From the NCBI RefSeq assembly GCF_004010195.1, contig NC_057719.1, positions 47,176,735 through 47,226,762 of the forward strand: a stretch of 50,028 nt of DNA. The letters run 5' to 3'. The translations under genes and the position numbers were made by a program. Origin of the DNA: Chiloscyllium plagiosum (taxonomy: Eukaryota). The stretch's first letter is position 1; each line of letters starts with the position of its first letter. Positions 24,346-35,760 of this stretch are shown here, in pieces. The notes under the pieces are model-generated. The model did no database searches and was not told the origin of the DNA. It saw only the letters and a list, made by a program, of their open reading frames with translations.

Positions 24346-25863
24346 AATTGGGGATGGGCAAGACTTCAAACATTTAACAGTAATTGTAATATCAAAGTGA
24401 CATTCTGAAATCTATGAGCTTAAAGACGTCTGCAGAGAAAAGGCAGAAGCAGTACAATAAGAATCCAAAAGAGAAATCTAAGGTTTTGTTTCATGCTTCC
24501 TTACATCTTTACGACCAAGGTCTCAACCAAAATATTAATCCATTTGTCTTCTGTGTATTCAGCTTCTGTGTATTGCTAACTTTTTATGTTTTATTTCAAA
24601 ACTTCCACAATTCATAGCCTTCTATATTTCCAATGTAATTTTTTTGCTTTTTATCTTTCAGATATTACATGTAACCCACAGACTGAGAAGATATCATGTC
24701 AACAGCTTTAAAAATTAATTGTTCATTCATCTTTTCAGTTGAGCTGAACACCAATCTGTGCAAGTATTGCCATTTAACCAAAAGCTGGGAGTTGGGTCCT
24801 AACTGTAGGGTTCACATCTCTGTCACCTGACAAATACTTGTGCCATAAGAGGCCAGAATTGTAGATATAAAGCAACATTGTACCCTCATCACATTTGTAC
24901 ACCAACATATTTCCTTATCAAAGTTTTTTTTTTAAATCAAAATTTCATTTCTCTCATAGGTATAAAGTGTTTTTAGATTTCAACACATATTGTGATTTTC
25001 CATCTAATTACTGATAACTACAAATGACCCAGCAATGAGGAAAAGCATCTGTATTTATGCCTAATTTGAAATGCCTCAACCCAATTAATTATAATTATCT
25101 AGCATGTTGTTTATTATACTCCCGTTCTTTGACCCTTCAGTACAAACACTGTTCATTATACTGGATGCCAAACAGTTTCGTGTCATGGACCTATCTTCTA
25201 GAATTTAATCAATTTGGCCAAAAGAGACTTGATGACAGGAAACATTTGAAATATTATTTCTGCAGAGATGACATTCTAGGATTGTATGATGTTATTTTCC
25301 TCCATACGCTGTTGTCTGAAGTTAAGTGACACCAGCAGTTCAAAGATGTCTATATGCTGTTTGTGTCTCATTTGTGCATGATCAGAGCCTAATGATGATT
25401 CCACCATTAATTTCCCACTCAGTCCCTTTTAAGAAGTGCTTAGCTTCCACTCAGTTCTTTCCTTCGACAAAGAGACTGAACCTGCCACTTGAAACTAGTG
25501 GAGAGATCCTTGGTCCTCCAGAAAGTGCATACAATACCAAACTTAAACCCCTTTGAAACCTAATTGTGGATACCATATTTCACTACAGTGGGGCACTAGG
25601 GAAGAGTAGAGGCCTAAAATATGTAACTATCAGACAGATGAATGATAGCTGTCACCACTAACTGGCTCCTGCTCTGTGGATCCAGCAGAAAAGCTGATCA
25701 GATGGCACTAGCAAATTTTAAAAGCTCTGAAGTGCTACATTCAGTAGTCAATTTTGTGCCCCTAATTCCTCCCCATCTGCAGATTCGTCCTCAGTGAAGG
25801 TGGATGTTATTTGTGCTGTGATATCAGCCACTACCACATTATGGATGGCTTAGTTTGCTGCCA

Positions 25864-25956
25864 GTTGAAACTTTATTGCTGGAACAGCACAGCAGGTCAG
25901 ACAGCATCCAGGGAACAGGAGATTCGACGTTTCGGGCACAGGCCCTTCTTCAGGAA
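25864..25956 (-). mobile_element. PLE terminal-repeat solo insertion (family A)
   Basis: Perfect 14-bp TSD TTAGTTTGCTGCCA at 25850-25863 and 25957-25970. Confidence 0.9.
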
Positions 25957-25957
25957 T
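25922..25957 (-). ncRNA. Minimal type-I hammerhead ribozyme motif, intact
   Basis: ATTC-CTGAAGA-A-GGGC-CTGT-GCCC-GAAA-CG-TC-GAAT: helix I ATTC/GAAT, helix II GGGC/GCCC, palindromic ACGT helix III, GUC site. Confidence 0.8.
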
Positions 25958-26869
25958 TAGTTTGCTGCCACCATTCTTTTCCTTTGGCCGGGTCTATGGG
26001 TCCACTTTATTTTCAGTACAGTCTTAATGAGAAGAGACTTGAAATAAATTACATTTTGTTTAAAACATGATAGCAATCAGCTACAAGTTACTTTAACGAG
26101 TTAGACATTGTTATTAAGACTACTGACGACCAGTGGATAGACCTTCATCCTACAAGACCTTAAGCTGCTGTGCCTTTTCTCTAAACTACTCCTTATGACA
26201 TCTTCAGATTGGATGATCCATCTCCAACATTAATTCTTTCAGCACCTTTCTATAACATTGGAGAATCGTTATAGGTTTCAAATAAGGTGCAGTGTTGGGG
26301 CTTTGAAGAAAGAGAAACTCTGTTCATGTGGCAAAAACAGAGAGTTATAACCCTGAGAATGAAAACTGTTAACTTCTGTATTTCCTCAGAGGCTGACCAC
26401 AGATCCTTCATATGGGCATTCTTTGAAGTGAATCGTGATGAATTCTGGAGATCACATCACAAGCCAATGATAACCATTTTTGACCGCCTCTACTGGGAAA
26501 GTGGCTCTTCTTCACCCACTTCCCGAACATTTATGTCCCTTAAGCTCTGAGAATCACCTCATATGACATCCTCACTGCCTAAGTCCCTGGGTGTGAGTGT
26601 CTGAGTAGATTGCCTGGCTTTGGGGAAGCAAGTCATATAAATGGTTAATTGGGAAGATGGGCAGCATCGTACAACTACATGGAGAAAGTATTTTAACCTT
26701 CATTGTTTTCATTCTCATCTCTGCCTCCTCCACCCCTCCCCAACCCACAAGCCTCCTTTGCTGAGGTGGATCTGCATGAAAAGAAAGTAGCCCTGAGGAA
26801 TGGGGAAGCATTCTCTCTTGGGGATGAAGGAGACAAAGAAAGAGAGTGGAAGCTAACATCTGCATTGTT

Positions 26870-27360
26870 CTTCACAGAGACAGAAAAGCTGCAGATGCTT
26901 GGTGAAACATCTCAGCCAGGCCCGCAGGGGCCATCTTGACCTCCCAGTCATTGTCCATTTTAATTCCCCTTCCGACTCCCTTTCCAACATGTCCATCCTT
27001 GGCCTCCTCCTTTGCCACAATGAATCAAACCACAAATTGGAGGAACACCTCATCCTCTGCCTGTGCAGCCTACAGCCTGGAATCTCCAATTTCAAATAAC
27101 CTCCCTTCCCATCACTCGACTCCCTTCCCAATCCCTCCCCCCTCCTTTCCATTCCTCTCATCGACCCTTCCTTTGTACCCTCTGCCTGGGTTCACCTATC
27201 CTCACCTCATCACCCTGTGCTCGCCCGACCCCCTTTATCCGCAGCTCTCCCTAAGCCCACTCCCCCATGTCCTGAAGAAGGGTTACACCCAAAACGTAGA
27301 CTTCTCCACCTCCTGATGCTGCCTGGCTTGCTGTGTTCTTCCAGCCTCCTGCTTGTCTGC
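26870..27360 (+). mobile_element. Penelope-like retroelement 3' end (GIY-YIG endonuclease C-terminus plus terminal repeat)
   Basis: ORF 26899-27099 KHL...DLPVIVHFNSPSDSLSNMSILGLLLCHNESNHKLEEHLILCLCSLQPG; pyrimidine-rich UTR; GTC-CTGAAGA-A-GGGT-TAC-ACCC-AAAA-CG-TA-GAC (27269-27301, G12 mutated to A). Confidence 0.85.
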
Positions 27361-28881
27361 ACTGGTGCTTCACAGAGCTGACAGGGCAACATTGGAGATG
27401 TTCTACCCCTAATCTTAAAGGGGCTGCCAATTTTGCAACCTCTAACGGCTGAGTCACCCATTGGCTCCATAATTTTTGCATCAATGGTAGTGAAGGAATA
27501 TAAAGCAGGGGGAAGGGAGTGACCCCTCTAAAAGCCTGTCTTTTCAGGTCAAAGACTTTTCCTCGGAACTTTAGAAAGCCAAGCTGCTATTGTAGTGTTA
27601 TATGTGTTTTGTTACAAAAGCCCATTTACTGCTATTGTTTCAATATTTCTTCTGCTTATCATGGTGCCCAGGGCAACAGAGGACAAAGGGCTAACTACAC
27701 CTGACATCTCAGAACACCAGCTATTTCCAACCTTGCAGCAGCAAGCATCAGTTTGAATATAACTATTCAGTGGGAATTAATGAGTTGCACTAAATGAAAC
27801 ACAGAGCAGGTGGGAGAATGAACGGGTAAAATGAAAATGCAGGGCAAACCCAAGGCCTCATGCAGCAACTAAGCCAATTTGCCTAAAAATGTAGTTTGGT
27901 GGCTCATCATAATCAGTTCATGAGAGAGCACAGGAACCTCGTACAGTTTGGAGACTTCCATGAAACAGTTCACAACCATTTCTGCACAAGTACTTGAACA
28001 AGCGACACAATAATGACTCAATAGGTTAATGTACAGCTGTTATGATACCAAGGTATAAAAATCAAAGCTGTCTTAACATGAAATCCTGCTGTGTGTTGAT
28101 CTCAGGCAGATGAAACAACTACAAAGGTAAATTTTACTCCTGAGGTAGGGCGTGGAAAAGGAAAAAGTTGTCTCTGGGTTCTTGCTTCTGACAGCTAGTC
28201 AGTGACCCCTAGTGGGAAGTGTGGGTGTGAACTGGTAACAGGATCAGGCTCAACTCTGATGCTCTTGATCATCATCTTCATCATCTCTACTCCTAGTCTG
28301 GAACTCACCCATTAAGAATGAACACTTTAAGTCAGGAACCTAGACCCCATTATAAGCCAGTTTATTCAGAAAAAGGGAAGAAATAAATATCATGGCAACA
28401 AGCCAATTGGCCTTTGCCTCCTGTGTTGCAATATCTTTCTTACTAATGAGTTGAAACAAATACAACTGTGTTCAATTTTCCCTTTTCTCAATATTCTTCC
28501 TGATCATACCAAAGGTCACTCGTAAGCATGCATGCAGTTCAAGTTGAATTTCTATTTCTCAGGCAATGTAGTTACAATTGTAGCAGTTCCAGTAACCGCC
28601 ACATGTAAAATCAACCAATATCACAGATTCAAATCTATGCTTAGGATTGCTTGTTTCAGTTACATGCCACTTTGATCAACTATTGGCGATCAAAGCTATT
28701 GGAGTCCTCAACTGGTATTAGACAAAGATGTATAAATCATAGCATGCATATGTGGGACTATGCAGTTGAACCTCTGTTTAACAAAATGAAGGTACCTTGG
28801 GAATATTTACAACGTGGAGAACAAGCTAGCTCCTAAAGACACATTAGATTAGTGCCAATGGAATATATGACTTCCATATAT

Positions 28882-29225
28882 GGGGAAGGCAATGGCTTAG
28901 CAGCATTATCTCTGGACAGTTAATCCAGAGATGTGGGGAATGTTCTGTGTCTTTGGATTTGAATCCTATCACAGCAGATGGTTGAATTTGAATTCACTGA
29001 AAAAGACAATCTGTAATTAAGACTGTAATAGTGACCATTAATCCATTGTTGATTGCCAGAAAAGTACACTGGTTCACTAATGCCTTTTAGGGAAGGAAAC
29101 TGCCTTCCTTACCTAGTCTGGCCTACATGTTATTGACTGTTAAATGCCCTTTGGGAAATTAGGGATAGGCAATAAATATTGTCCTAGCCCATCATGCCCT
29201 CATCCTGTGAATGAATGAAAAAAAA
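28882..29225 (+). mobile_element. tRNA-derived SINE sharing its 3' tail with family-2 LINE
   Basis: A/B-box-like TGGCTTAGCAG / GATTTGAATCC; tail TAGGGATAGGCAATAAAT...TGAATGAATGAAAAA matches LINE tails at ~1277-1338 and ~18880-18937. Confidence 0.7.
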
Positions 29226-29302
29226 GCACTTTTTAATCCAGCCCACAGCACAGCTGAACCCAAGGTGGGCTGGATTAAAAAGTGCTTTGAACCTAGGTTC
29301 AA
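29223..29302. repeat. Perfect 24-bp inverted repeat plus adjoining 16-bp palindrome
   Basis: AAAGCACTTTTTAATCCAGCCCAC (29223-29246) / GTGGGCTGGATTAAAAAGTGCTTT (29265-29288); TTGAACCTAGGTTCAA (29287-29302). Confidence 0.9.
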
Positions 29303-29827
29303 CTGGATGATAAATGGCTTGATTTACTGGAGATACATTTTAAATTGAGCCAAGATGTAGTTTGATCCAATGTGAGATATTAATTGTGAATGGAAAATGG
29401 GGATCAACATGTGCTCCTATAGTAGGAACATTCAAAAATTGCAACTATTGTATGTAAGGAGGTAGATCTCTGCAAATAAACAAAAAGTATAAAGATTAGT
29501 TCGACTTCTATCTTTCATCTCCAAGCTTTTGAAACAATATCATGGTAGCAGAGAATAATTGGTTAAAGATTAAAGTTGGAGAAAAATTTCAGCCCTAAAA
29601 CGAAAATCCTAGTAACCATTTTGGAAAATGCCAGAAAGAAAGTTAAATTATTGAGTAAAATTATCTTCCAATGTTCTTGGAGTCTGAATCATCTAACCTG
29701 TGGAACAAAAAAAAATGTGTTTATGTGACTATGGGCTTCTGTGCAATCAAAGGGAAACAAGGTTTAGCCTTCTCTTTATTATCTCTAAACAAGAAAAACC
29801 TATCGTATTTTATACGATTAAAGATTA

Positions 29828-30093
29828 TTAGATTCCCTACAGTGTGGAAACAGGCCCTTCAGCCCAACAAGTCCACACCGACCCTCCGAAGAGTAACCCA
29901 CCCAAACCCATTTCCCTCTGACTAATGTATCTAACACTACCTAACCTGCACATCTTTGGACTGTGGGAGGAAACCCACGCAGACACGGGAGAATGTGCAA
30001 ACTCCACACAGACAGTTGCCCAAGGCTGGAATCAAACCTGGGACCCTGGTGCTGTGAGGCAGCAGTGCTAACCATTGAGCCACCGTGCCGCCC
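29828..30093 (-). mobile_element. HE1-type SINE
   Basis: Reverse complement of GGGCGGCACGGTGGCTCAATGGTTAGCACTGCTGCCTCACAGCACCAGG...; internal deletion relative to the 35425 copy. Confidence 0.92.
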
Positions 30094-30559
30094 ATTAGTT
30101 GTATCACAGTGAAGGTTTCTAGTATTTGTTAGGGTTCTTTGATAAAATCTTCAAGAAAGATGATCGATTAAACACCTATTAAATGATGCATGATCAGAAT
30201 GATATTGTGGAATTTTGGTTTGTAGATATGGAACTATAACACATGCTCAGCCCAAATGACATGAAGCAAGGATTCTTGACTCCACTGATATCAGCTCGTT
30301 ACACACATGCAGGGAAATGATGGTTAATCGAGGAAGACACAGTATTTCATGCAGTTTATATCTTGCTGAGGAAATTCTTTATCTGTGTCTCATCCTTCTC
30401 CCCCCTTCTGCCATTGACATTGTCTTGGCAAAGACAGATAATCAGTTCAATTGTTCCAGCTGTCCTGCTCAGTGTCCGACCTCACTCTTGTCACCTGCTA
30501 CTAGAGGTTCCATTTTTAAAGTAATTCTGGGAATCTCTGGATTGCTACCAGTAATTAAA

Positions 30560-31600
30560 TTTACAGGATTGCACTAGAGGCTTCATATGGACAGGCTACT
30601 GGTTTTACCTGAGTTTCAGTTTACAAAGGAGGAGATCCTGTTGGAACGAGTACCATAAGTGACTATTTTTGGACGGGTCTACAGTTATTGTATTGCCTTA
30701 ACAAAACCCAGTGTTCCTCATCAATGGACTAGAAAAACATTAATGCCAGTGAGTGATAGGAATCTGTGAAAAAACATCAAATTTTCTTAAAGTTACAAAG
30801 ACAATTTGTTCATCCTATTTGTCTAAAGTTAAAAATCCTGTTAAATGACAAAAAGTACTCAAAGCTAATGGAAGATTTCATGAATAAATTTGTAATCTAT
30901 CAAAAATATTGGAGAAGACAGGCCCAGATCCTATTCCAAGCCTGCCATTGACTTGTGTTTTTATGAAGGAGTTGCCATGGATCCTAGGAGAATAGGACAG
31001 AGACTGAAATATATTTATCTCAAATTTTATTGAACTGGCAACCAGATTTAGTCTCTCTACAATTATATTTACTAAAGACAAAAGTGTTATTCTAGAACAA
31101 ACCAATCCATGGAGAATTCCATAGAGAAATCCATTGGACTTGGGACACCAACGAAATTTCTGACAGGTTATGGAGGGGATAAATTCAGAGCTATATGCGA
31201 AAAGATCAGCACCATAGTCATGGATGTCACAGTTCCAAGTCTTTTCAAGTAATGAACTCTGATGGAATCTCTATGAAATAAATTTTAGCTGATCAATCAG
31301 ATTGCAAGTTGACTAACACCCTGCCACTGGTGGTTCATGCAAAAAATTAACTGCAGATGGCTAGAGAATATAGTCCCTGTTAATTAGTTTATGGGCAAAA
31401 TCCCAAATTGCCTTCTGCTTTGCGCAATAATTCTGGGCTAGAAGGCAGTACAATTAGGTCCAATCTTTCTGCACATTTGAATGATTTGCATGCAAGGAGA
31501 CAGACTTTCATCAAGACTGAAGTGCCCAAGAATACTCAGAGATCATTGTAGCAGCACTTAAGACCATCAGTGGGACAGAGCGAATTCACTATAAGTTTGG
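30560..31600 (+). mobile_element. LTR-retrotransposon integrase remnant, Copia/GalEa-like
   Basis: LKLQRQFVHPICLKLKILLND (cf. KLHRQFAHP..KL..LL.D), TRFSLSTII, IGLGTPTKFLTGYGG (cf. FG.P.KFL.DNGGEF), VHAKN*LQM..EYSPC*LVYGQNPKLPS; clade call from memory. Confidence 0.65.
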
Positions 31601-31997
31601 TGAGAAAGGGAGTAATTTTTAAATCTTAAGATTTATTTATAAAACCTACAACTGCTTGCTTACAATTAATATGTTGCTTAGAGTCACTGCTTAGAGTTTT
31701 TAGTTTCTTCCAGGTTTGGGTACAGCCAATCAAGCTCCCTGCTGGGGAGAAAATGAGATCAGCTCGCTAACTGCTCTAAACTAGTTCAGTAACTGCCAAA
31801 TAGTAGAGTCATCTGTAACTTAGTAATATAAATAAGAGAGGTTTAGTACAATAGAGCAGAGTTTGGTTAGAGAAACAGTTGAATAAGGAGTGGAGGGAGG
31901 TACTTTTTTCTTTTTCCTTTTCTATCTTTGCCAGACTCCAGAAAGAGTTAAAAGCTGTACAAGAGGGATAAGTTTTTTTATTTAAAATATTAACAAG

Positions 31998-32340
31998 TTA
32001 TATCGCTTGATAATTGCAAAGATATCTAATCTTCAAATTATAGATATTGGCATAAAAGTAAGTTGCGGCAGGCCAGCCTGGCCAAGGGCTAATGCCCGAA
32101 ACGTCGATTCTCCTGTTCCCTAGATGCTGCCTGACCTGCTGCGCTTCTCCAGCAACACATTTCCATCTCATGTGGAAACACAATCCTGTGTCATGTGGGG
32201 AATCATGGAGATTATATCGCTTGATAATTGCAAAGATATCTAATCTTCAAATTATAGATATTGGCATAAAAGTAAGTTGCGGCAGGCCAGCCTGGCCATG
32301 TGGAAACACAATCCTGTGTCATGTGGGGAATCATGGAGAT
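31998..32340. repeat. ~129-bp tandem duplication; first copy carries an 86-bp PLE fragment
   Basis: Copy 1 31998-32211 with insert 32085-32170 (AGGGCTAATGCCCGAAACGTCG...); copy 2 32212-32340 uninterrupted. Confidence 0.92.
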
Positions 32341-32761
32341 GCCATGTGACCTAGAAAACCAGCTGTAGAGAGACTTGACCTTTTGGTTTCAGAACTGAAG
32401 TGGCAGCTGGAGTCACTGTTCTGCATCCACAAGGTTGACAGTTTTATGAAACGCATATCCAGAGAGGTAATCAAACCACAGATTAGAGGCATACAAGCTG
32501 TTAGAAAATGGCTGACCACCAGACCGAGGAAGAGTACACAGAGGTAGGAGTTCCATCAGGTCCTGCTCAAAAATCATTTTTGTTATTCTGGCTGCTGATG
32601 AAGATGCTGGCTCATCTGAGGAATCTTCAGGCTGGGCCATTTTTACAGAATAAAAGAAGATTGGAAGTTTAGTAATGATAGGAATTCATTACTTTGGCAA
32701 ACAGACAGGCATTTCTGCAGCTGTCAACATGACTGCAAGACAGAAATTTCCTTCCTACTGC

Positions 32762-32949
32762 TGGAGACTGGATTAATTGTATCTCAGACTGGATTAAACT
32801 GTATCTTGGACTGGATTAAACTGCATTCTGATGGAATTAAAGTATATATTGGGCCTGATGTTCCAGAAGGACTTCTGATGAAGCATATAACTAGAGCCAA
32901 TCTTTACACATGTGATGGGTTTTAATAGAGACAGGCATCACAAACATGC
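32762..32949. repeat. Insertion with ~21-bp GACTGGATTAAACTG minisatellite; inverted homologue at 35138-35385
   Basis: Interrupts CR1 ORF1; reverse complement aligns with 35138-35385 (e.g. GCATCACAAACATGC, TCTTTACACA.TGTGATGGG). Confidence 0.8.
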
Positions 32950-33163
32950 CGGGGTCAAGGATGTCTCAGAGTATTAAGAGGACATGCTTCTGGTGATAGG
33001 ATGATCAGTTACAGGTGTGGTCAACTTTGAAGCTAACAATGTAAACAGGAAAGGGGATGTAGTACTGCAATCAGATTTTAGGGCGCTAGGCAGAAATTTA
33101 GCAAGCAGGACCTCAAACATAGTAATCTCCAGATTACTCCCAGCAACACATACAAATGAGTAT

Positions 33164-34101
33164 TGTTATGATGGAGAAGTCAAATCCCTCTGTTAATTAA
33201 AACCATTTACCCAGAAAAGCTTGCCTTGCCTCATAATGTATAAAAAGGTGAGGGGGTGACAGAGAACTCCTGATTTCCACTATTTAAAGAAAAAAAATTC
33301 CTAACTCTAATAGTGAACACGAAACAAAACTAGTAACAAACCAAACACTGTTTCCCTTAACTGAACACAATCCTATTAACATGTTGTTCCAGTAACACAC
33401 TTATTAAATACTACACTAACTTAATCTCAAGTCCACAGTCTCTGTCTTCTCCGCTGTCTTCAATCTTCTGTCTGCTGATCTCACTTGGTTGTCTTCTTTC
33501 TTTTAACTGCCAGTATGTTTTATAAAGTTACTTTTTGATAAAGAGTGTCTTCTAATTTCTTTGACAGCAAGATGTTAGATGGGCAGTTAGCTCTCTGGCT
33601 CTACGGCAGTTGCTCTACTGATCATTGGCAGTTGCTCTCTGACCAAATTTTCAAAATTCCCCGGTTTTAAAACCCCCAACATCATTCCCTGCCATAGGTC
33701 TGATATCTAGGAGAAAGTGAGGACTGCAGATGCTGGAGATCAGAGCTGAAAATGTGTTGCTGAAAAAGCACAGCAGGTTAGGCAGCATCCAAGGAGCAGG
33801 AGAATCGACGTTTCGGGCATGAACCCTTCATAGGTCTGATTTCATCAAAACAATAAATTCAAACTCAATTTAGTTTTAGTATCCTGAGCATAATATAAAG
33901 TAATTGGTTAAATTTGAATTGTTGTCAAAACAGCAACCAAAACTCAGGTATCCATTTAACAGCCATTTGTTACATGTATCTATTTGGGAACAGTCCATCT
34001 CTAGCTGTTCTGTTCTACAGCTGGGGTTGTACTTTAAATTTACTTCAAAAATTCAGAAAACACTCTCTAAAGTGAACATACATGTGTTCTACTTCATAAT
34101 G
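33164..34101. mobile_element. Putative solo LTR (Gypsy-type)
   Basis: Starts TGTTATGA, ends TCATAATG (6/8 inverted match), 4-bp TSD GTAT at 33160-33163 and 34102-34105; splits CR1 ORF1 cleanly. Confidence 0.65.
33705..33828 (-). mobile_element. PLE terminal-repeat solo insertion (family A)
   Basis: Perfect 12-bp TSD CATAGGTCTGAT at 33693-33704 and 33829-33840; 5' end truncated inside the hammerhead core. Confidence 0.9.
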
Positions 34102-35137
34102 GTATTTAAATAGCAGGATAATATAGATTAACGCACAACTGGAAGGTTGGTGCAAGGGGGGGAACTATTTAGATTCCTGGGACAGGCTCTGAGGCAAGTG
34201 GCAAATTCCGTTTCCTATTTCAGTTCACAGTCAAAAGTACAGGAAAATACTGTGTTCTTTATAGAACACAGTATGAACACTTCTGAAAATTCTGACTAAG
34301 GAACTGTTACAGATTTAGCTTACAAACTTGGCACAAATGTGGGAGAGAAAGGAAACCTCTCAAATTAAATGAGTGGATTACAAAAACAAATGCATATTAA
34401 CAACCAGACAGCAGGTTAGGTTCCCCAAGTTATTATGGGTCCCAATGTGATATCCCAAATCAGTGAGCTGCTGGACGAGAAAAGCTGAACTAGTTCCCCT
34501 TCTTTATTCACTTACCCCTTGATTGGTTGCAATAGTGTTCATTTTAAAAGAATCCAACCATGTGGGTACATTGCCTCCCGCCAGGTTAGTTAAAATCCTT
34601 TTGTCCTGTTTCTTTTTGATAGATGCTTTTGAGTAGAGATGGAAGATGATAAGCTCTCTCATTATCTTTTCCTGTCTGTTTGAAGTTCCCCTGACATTTT
34701 ATAGGTGCAACATTCCAAGGGTCCCAGACAAGATTTTGCCAGACAGCACTGAATTTACATTCTGACATTTTTAAGACTATAGGCATTCTCATTTTTTAAA
34801 AAAAAACACATTTTGGATTTAAAAGTAAATTAAATGCCCATAGCTCTTCAGGGTTCTGATTAATCACCAAGATAAAATGTAAAAATAAATTGATAGGAAT
34901 CTTAGGTGAGGGACCTCTTGCAATGGGATGCCTTATACTGATTATGGAGGTTTAATGGAATTTTTTTTTGGAATTTTGATTGTACGTATAAATTCAGATT
35001 ATTATTTAAAGAGAGATATGGGAATCTGTTAATTGTATATTAATATGTTTACTTGTTTGCAAGTAGCCATGAACTGAAGATTCACTTGAGGTCCCAATAT
35101 AGATCGAGACTACAATTGTAGTTCCTGGTTCGGAGGT

Positions 35138-35390
35138 GCATGTTTGTGATGCACGTCACTATAGAAGCCCATCACATTGTGTAAAGACTCTAGTTCTATG
35201 CTTCATTAAAAAGCCTTCCAGAATCTCAGGCCTGAGAAATAATTTAATTCCATCAGCTGTACAGTCCAAGACAGAGTTTGATCCAGTCTGACTTAGATTT
35301 TAACCCACTCTGAGATTTAATCTCTGAGTTTAATCCAGTCTGAGATTCAGTTTAATCTAGTCTCCAATATAGTTTAACCCAGTCAGCAAT
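35138..35390. repeat. Minisatellite-containing repeat, inverted homologue of 32762-32949
   Basis: Degenerate CAGTTTAATCCAGTC units at 35270-35385. Confidence 0.75.
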
Positions 35391-35424
35391 ATCTTTGCTT
35401 TAGTATTATCATGCCGTGACCAAT

Positions 35425-35760
35425 GGCAGCACAGTGGCTCAGTGGTTAGCACTGCTGCCTCACAGCACCAGGGACCCAGATTTGATTCCAGCCTCGGATG
35501 ACTGTCTGTGTGGAGTTTGCACATTTTCCCCGTGTCTGTGTGGGTTTCCTCTGAGTGCTCTGGTTTCCTCCCACAATCCAAAGATGTGCAGGTTAGTTGA
35601 ATTGGCCATGCTAAAATGCCCATAGTGTTCAGGGATGTATAAGTTAGCTGCATTAGTTGGGGCAATGTAATAGGATAGGGGTATGGGTCTGGGTGGGATA
35701 CTTTTGGAGGGTCAGTGTGGACTTGTTGGGCTAAATGGCCTGTTTACACATTATAGGAAT
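35425..35760 (+). mobile_element. HE1-type SINE, near full length
   Basis: GGCAGCACAGTGGCTCAGTGGTTAGCACTGCTGCCTCACAGCACCAGGGACCC head; CR1-like tail. Confidence 0.92.

Larger units (their letters stand above)
31900..34200 (+). mobile_element. CR1 LINE 5' region, ORF1 (SGNH esterase-type) remnant, multiply interrupted
   Basis: ELKWQLESLFCIHKVDSFMKRISREVIKPQ; GVKDVS; RKGDVVLQSDFRALGRNLASRTSNIVISRLLP, resuming after the LTR with NSRII*INAQLEGWCK...FRFLG. Confidence 0.75.

Noticed and set aside
32875..32900. CTGATGA as another hammerhead core
   Set aside because: No helix II or downstream GAAA
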